From assembly GCF_006345805.1 (NCBI RefSeq), contig NC_043010.1:33666001-33730000 (forward strand): 64,000 nt of DNA, written 5' to 3'. The stretch is from Octopus sinensis. Lineage: Eukaryota. The position numbers and the translations under genes are program-made. How positions within the stretch are numbered: the stretch's first letter is position 1; each line of letters begins with the position of its first letter. Positions 1 through 64,000 of the stretch are shown here, one piece after another. The notes under the pieces are model-generated. The model saw nothing but the letters and a program-made list of their open reading frames with translations, had not been told where the DNA came from and did no database searches.

Positions 1-42
1 ATCATTGTTATTTTTTTCCACATTGTTTTTATATATGCACAG

Positions 43-60411
<60,369 letters not shown>

Positions 60412-60591
60412 TTGGTTGGTCGACTTATTGAACATCCTTCCATTGACTCCATCTTTCCCACCACCACCGCCACCACCACCACCCCTCCAATTCTTCCTCG
60501 TTACCCACACACACACATACGTACATACAAACACATATATATATCACATATATATATATATATATATCATATATATCACACACGCATACAG

Positions 60592-60622
<31 letters not shown>

Positions 60623-60642
60623 ATCACATGAATATGGTTTCA

Positions 60643-60960
60643 AATAAACAATAACAACAGCAACTGTTACTATAACTGCAACGGCAGTTCCAACAACAAT
60701 AACAACTATTATTACTACGACTACTACTACAACTACTACTACTACTACTATTAGTACAATAAACTGCAACTGATATTACAATTACGACTACTGCATCAAC
60801 AACAATAATACATTCGAAAATTAAAATAAAATTAAAAGAAAACGTAAAAGAAAAAAGAAACGCTCTCTTTCTGGTGTCTCCTCATTATTTGTCTATACGA
60901 CTCGGTTTCTTTGTTTCCAGTGTGCATGGGTGTGAGTCTTTTGTTGTTCATGTAAGTATG
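60643..60960 (+). terminator. Candidate polyadenylation region of SMAD4
   Basis: AATAAA at 60643, 60758 and 60825, followed by GU/U-rich sequence from about 60865. Confidence 0.4.
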
Positions 60961-61229
60961 TCAATATATCCGTTTATTTGCCTCTGTACATTTGTATGTC
61001 TGTTTATCTGTGTGTTTGTGTGTATATGTATGTGTGTGTTGTGTTTTTTTTAATGTCTGTCTACATGTGCATTTGTCTATGTTCCTCTCTTTCTATTTTT
61101 ATATCGACTGGTTTGTAGCATCTGTCTATCTATATGTTTATCTGTCTCAAAACCTCTATCTTTCTATCAAACTATTTCTCTTTATTTACTTATTTCTCAG
61201 AGCTAAATGTGTGTGTGCATTTATTTATT

Positions 61230-61280
<51 letters not shown>

Positions 61281-61512
61281 ATATATATATATATATATAA
61301 AATTTTTAAAAAAACACCTTTTATCAATTCAAAATGAACAATTAAATTACACCATCTAGAAAATAACATAATAGAAATATATATATAAAAGAAATATATA
61401 TTTTATATATATATTATATTGTGTGAAATTTGATTTAGTATTTCTAAATTGAATATTTTTCCTTGTAAGTTTGGATTTTATTCCCTCAAATAATAATTAT
61501 ATATATATATAA

Positions 61513-61822
61513 TCTGAAGTGTTATATCCATTATGGCCAATCTTACCAATCAGTTTCGTGTTAGGTATTCAATGGAGTGTTACGTAACAATCTGATTATG
61601 TAACCCTGCGCTCATCAAAGGTAGCCATTATGGAACAAATGAAATATGGTGACTGCTCTCACCTCCAGCAACAGAGAGCTGGCACCATATTCCATTCCAT
61701 AACAGCTATCTCTGATGGGCGCAGGGTTACATAATCAGATTATTAACACTCCATTAAATCCCTAGTGTGAAACCAATTGATAAGATCAGCCATAATAGAT
61801 ATATAATACTGTACGCTTCAGA
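61513..61822. repeat. Imperfect palindrome of about 310 bp, MITE-like
   Basis: aatctgattatgtaaccctgcgc pairs with gcgcagggttacataatcagatt; the outer arms also pair. Confidence 0.85.
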
Positions 61823-61829
61823 TAACTTT

Positions 61830-63160
61830 TATATCATCATCATCATTGTTGTTTAATGTCTGCTTTCCATGCTGGCATGGGTTGGACGGTTTGGCTGAGG
61901 ACTTGTTCCAGACTGATCTGGCAAGGTTTCTACAGCTAGATGCCCTTCATAACACCAACCACTCCGAGAGTGTAGTGGGTGCTTTTTATGTGCCACCAGC
62001 ATGGGAGTCAGTCAGGTGGCACTGGCATTGACCACACTTGTATGGTGCTTTTTATGTGCCACTGGTATGGGAGCTAGTCTAGTGGCACTGGCATCGACCA
62101 TGCTCAAATGGTGCTTTTCACGTGCCAGTCAGGCGGTACTAGCATCAGCCATGACAATAATTTCACTCGATTCAACAGGTCTTCTCAAGCACAGCATATT
62201 GCCCGATGATTGAAGGCAACTTTTAAATGGGCTGGTTATGTGACACTAACATAGGCCATGGCTATGATCTCACTTGGCTTGCCTGGTCTTCTCAAGCACA
62301 GTATATCTCCAAAGGTCTCAGTCACTTGTCATTGCCTCTGTGAGGCCCACCATTTGAAGGTCGTGCTTCACCACCTCATCCCAAGTCTTCCTAGATCAAC
62401 CTCTTCCACAGGTTCCTTCCACTTTTAGGGTGTGATACCTCTTCACACAGCTGTCCTCATCCATACGTAACACGTGACCATACCAGCACAGTCTTCTCTC
62501 TTGTAGACTATAGCCTACACCGCCAGATATTTTAAGCATCTCTGCAGTGATTCTTGATGGGTTAGGGACTTTCCCTGTCTTCATTCTGTTAATTGCTTTA
62601 TCTACCAAGGTACCGTCACAATTTGGATAGCTGGTCCCTCTGTTGGGTCGACATGTGGCAGACACACTTTCTCCCATTTATTCTCTTCATTTAGCAACTT
62701 TTCATAGTGGCATCTCCAAGTCTCTCTCTTTGCAGCATCATTAAATGCAAGTGAGCTATCATCCATGCAGGCGCATTTCTCTCCTTTCACATCATGATTC
62801 TTTCTCACACATTGTCTTGCAACACAAAATACTTCAAGTCTTTGGTCCTCATGACGCAGAACATTGACAAACTTATTCTTATCAGCTCCCCCTCTGGCTA
62901 AGTAAACCTGTCTCCAAACTTCTCTTCTGGCGATCTGATACAGTTCTCTGCTACCACCGCTCTTTCAGTTCTTCCATGCCTGTTTCTTTTCTCTAATGGC
63001 CCTGTCAACTACATTGTTCCACCACCACATTACCTTAGGTTGAGAGGGGACTTTACACCATCCAAAGATGTGATCAGTAGCCCTCAACAGGTTGTGCCAT
63101 AGGAACTTCCAGTTGCCTTCCACATTATGTAATGGTATGTCCTCCTCTTTTTCATCAGAA
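61830..63160 (-). mobile_element. RTE LINE fragment with 3' UTR, internally deleted
   Basis: KAINRMKTGKVPNPSRITAEMLK joins almost directly to RRLCWYGHVLRMDEDSCVK..GRG; (gat)n tail near 61840. Confidence 0.88.
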
Positions 63161-64000
63161 CCTCCTCAAGAAAATGGATCATTAAAATAAAAATGTTGGT
63201 TGCAAGTGCCACTAAATGTTAGATTATATTTCTCATGAAGTGAAGATTATTTCAATAAGTCAGGAATCTATTTTGTATGGTATTTTGTATACCTTTCTTT
63301 GTCCTTGCTATCCAAACTAATGTCACTGTCCACTCTGTTATAATTATGCAAATTACCATAAGTCATAAACATGTTTTGTATATAGGCATGGCTGTGTGGT
63401 AAAAAGTTTGCTTTCCAACCACATGGCTCCAGGTTCAATCCCACTGTGTGGTACCTTGAGCAAGAGTTTTCTTATTTCTTTATTGCCCACAAGGGGCTAA
63501 ACATAGAGGGGACAAACAAGGACAGACAAAGGGATTAAGTCGATTATATCAACCCCAGTGCATAACTGGTACCTATTTAATCGACCCCCAAGAGGATGAA
63601 AGGCAAAGTTGACCTCAGCGGAATTTGAACTCAGAACGTAGCGGCAGACGAAATACCGCTAAGCAGTTCGTCTGGCATGCTAACATTTCTGCCAGCTCGC
63701 CACCTTACAAAAGTTTTCTACTATAGCCCTGGGCTGACTAAAGCCTTGTCAGTGGATATGGCAGGTCGAAACCAAGAGAAGCTTGTTGTATAAATATATC
63801 TTTGCGTTTGTCCTCTACCACTGCTTGACAATTGGTGTTGGTTTCTTTACATCCCCGTAGCTTAAAAGCTCAACAAATGAGACTGAAAGAATAAGTATCA
63901 GACTTTCAAAAATAAGTACTGGAATCGATTTTTGACTAAAACACTCCAAACTGCTCAAACAAGTAAAAGATTATATATATAAAATATATAAAAAGGTTAT

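Overview
Eukaryotic, AT-rich, repeat-dense genomic DNA. The SINE, RTE-LINE and microsatellite landscape is what I associate with Octopus (inferred, not verified). The window holds the 3' part of one plus-strand gene, the co-Smad SMAD4/Medea. The MH1 exons lie upstream of the window. The linker is spread over about 55 kb as small phase-1/phase-1 exons (43-336, 25305-25382, 36249-36320, 47899-47937), followed by four clear MH2 exons (55233-55416, 57089-57257, 59255-59393, 60182-60411 stop). Almost all ORFs in the supplied track are microsatellite or TE artefacts. The introns contain tRNA-derived SINEs, RTE and CR1/Jockey-like LINE fragments, mariner/hAT/piggyBac-like MITEs, palindromes and minisatellites. 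The most interesting signals concern RNA processing: (1) further frame-preserving candidate linker exons, including 18-nt and 27-nt microexons and a possible mutually exclusive pair 40 nt apart; (2) two AG|GTAA candidate recursive splice sites; (3) a roughly 1 kb inverted SINE-element-SINE composite, with polarised SINE clusters, enclosing one linker exon. These are hypotheses from sequence alone. I see no evidence of a new stand-alone multi-gene system.
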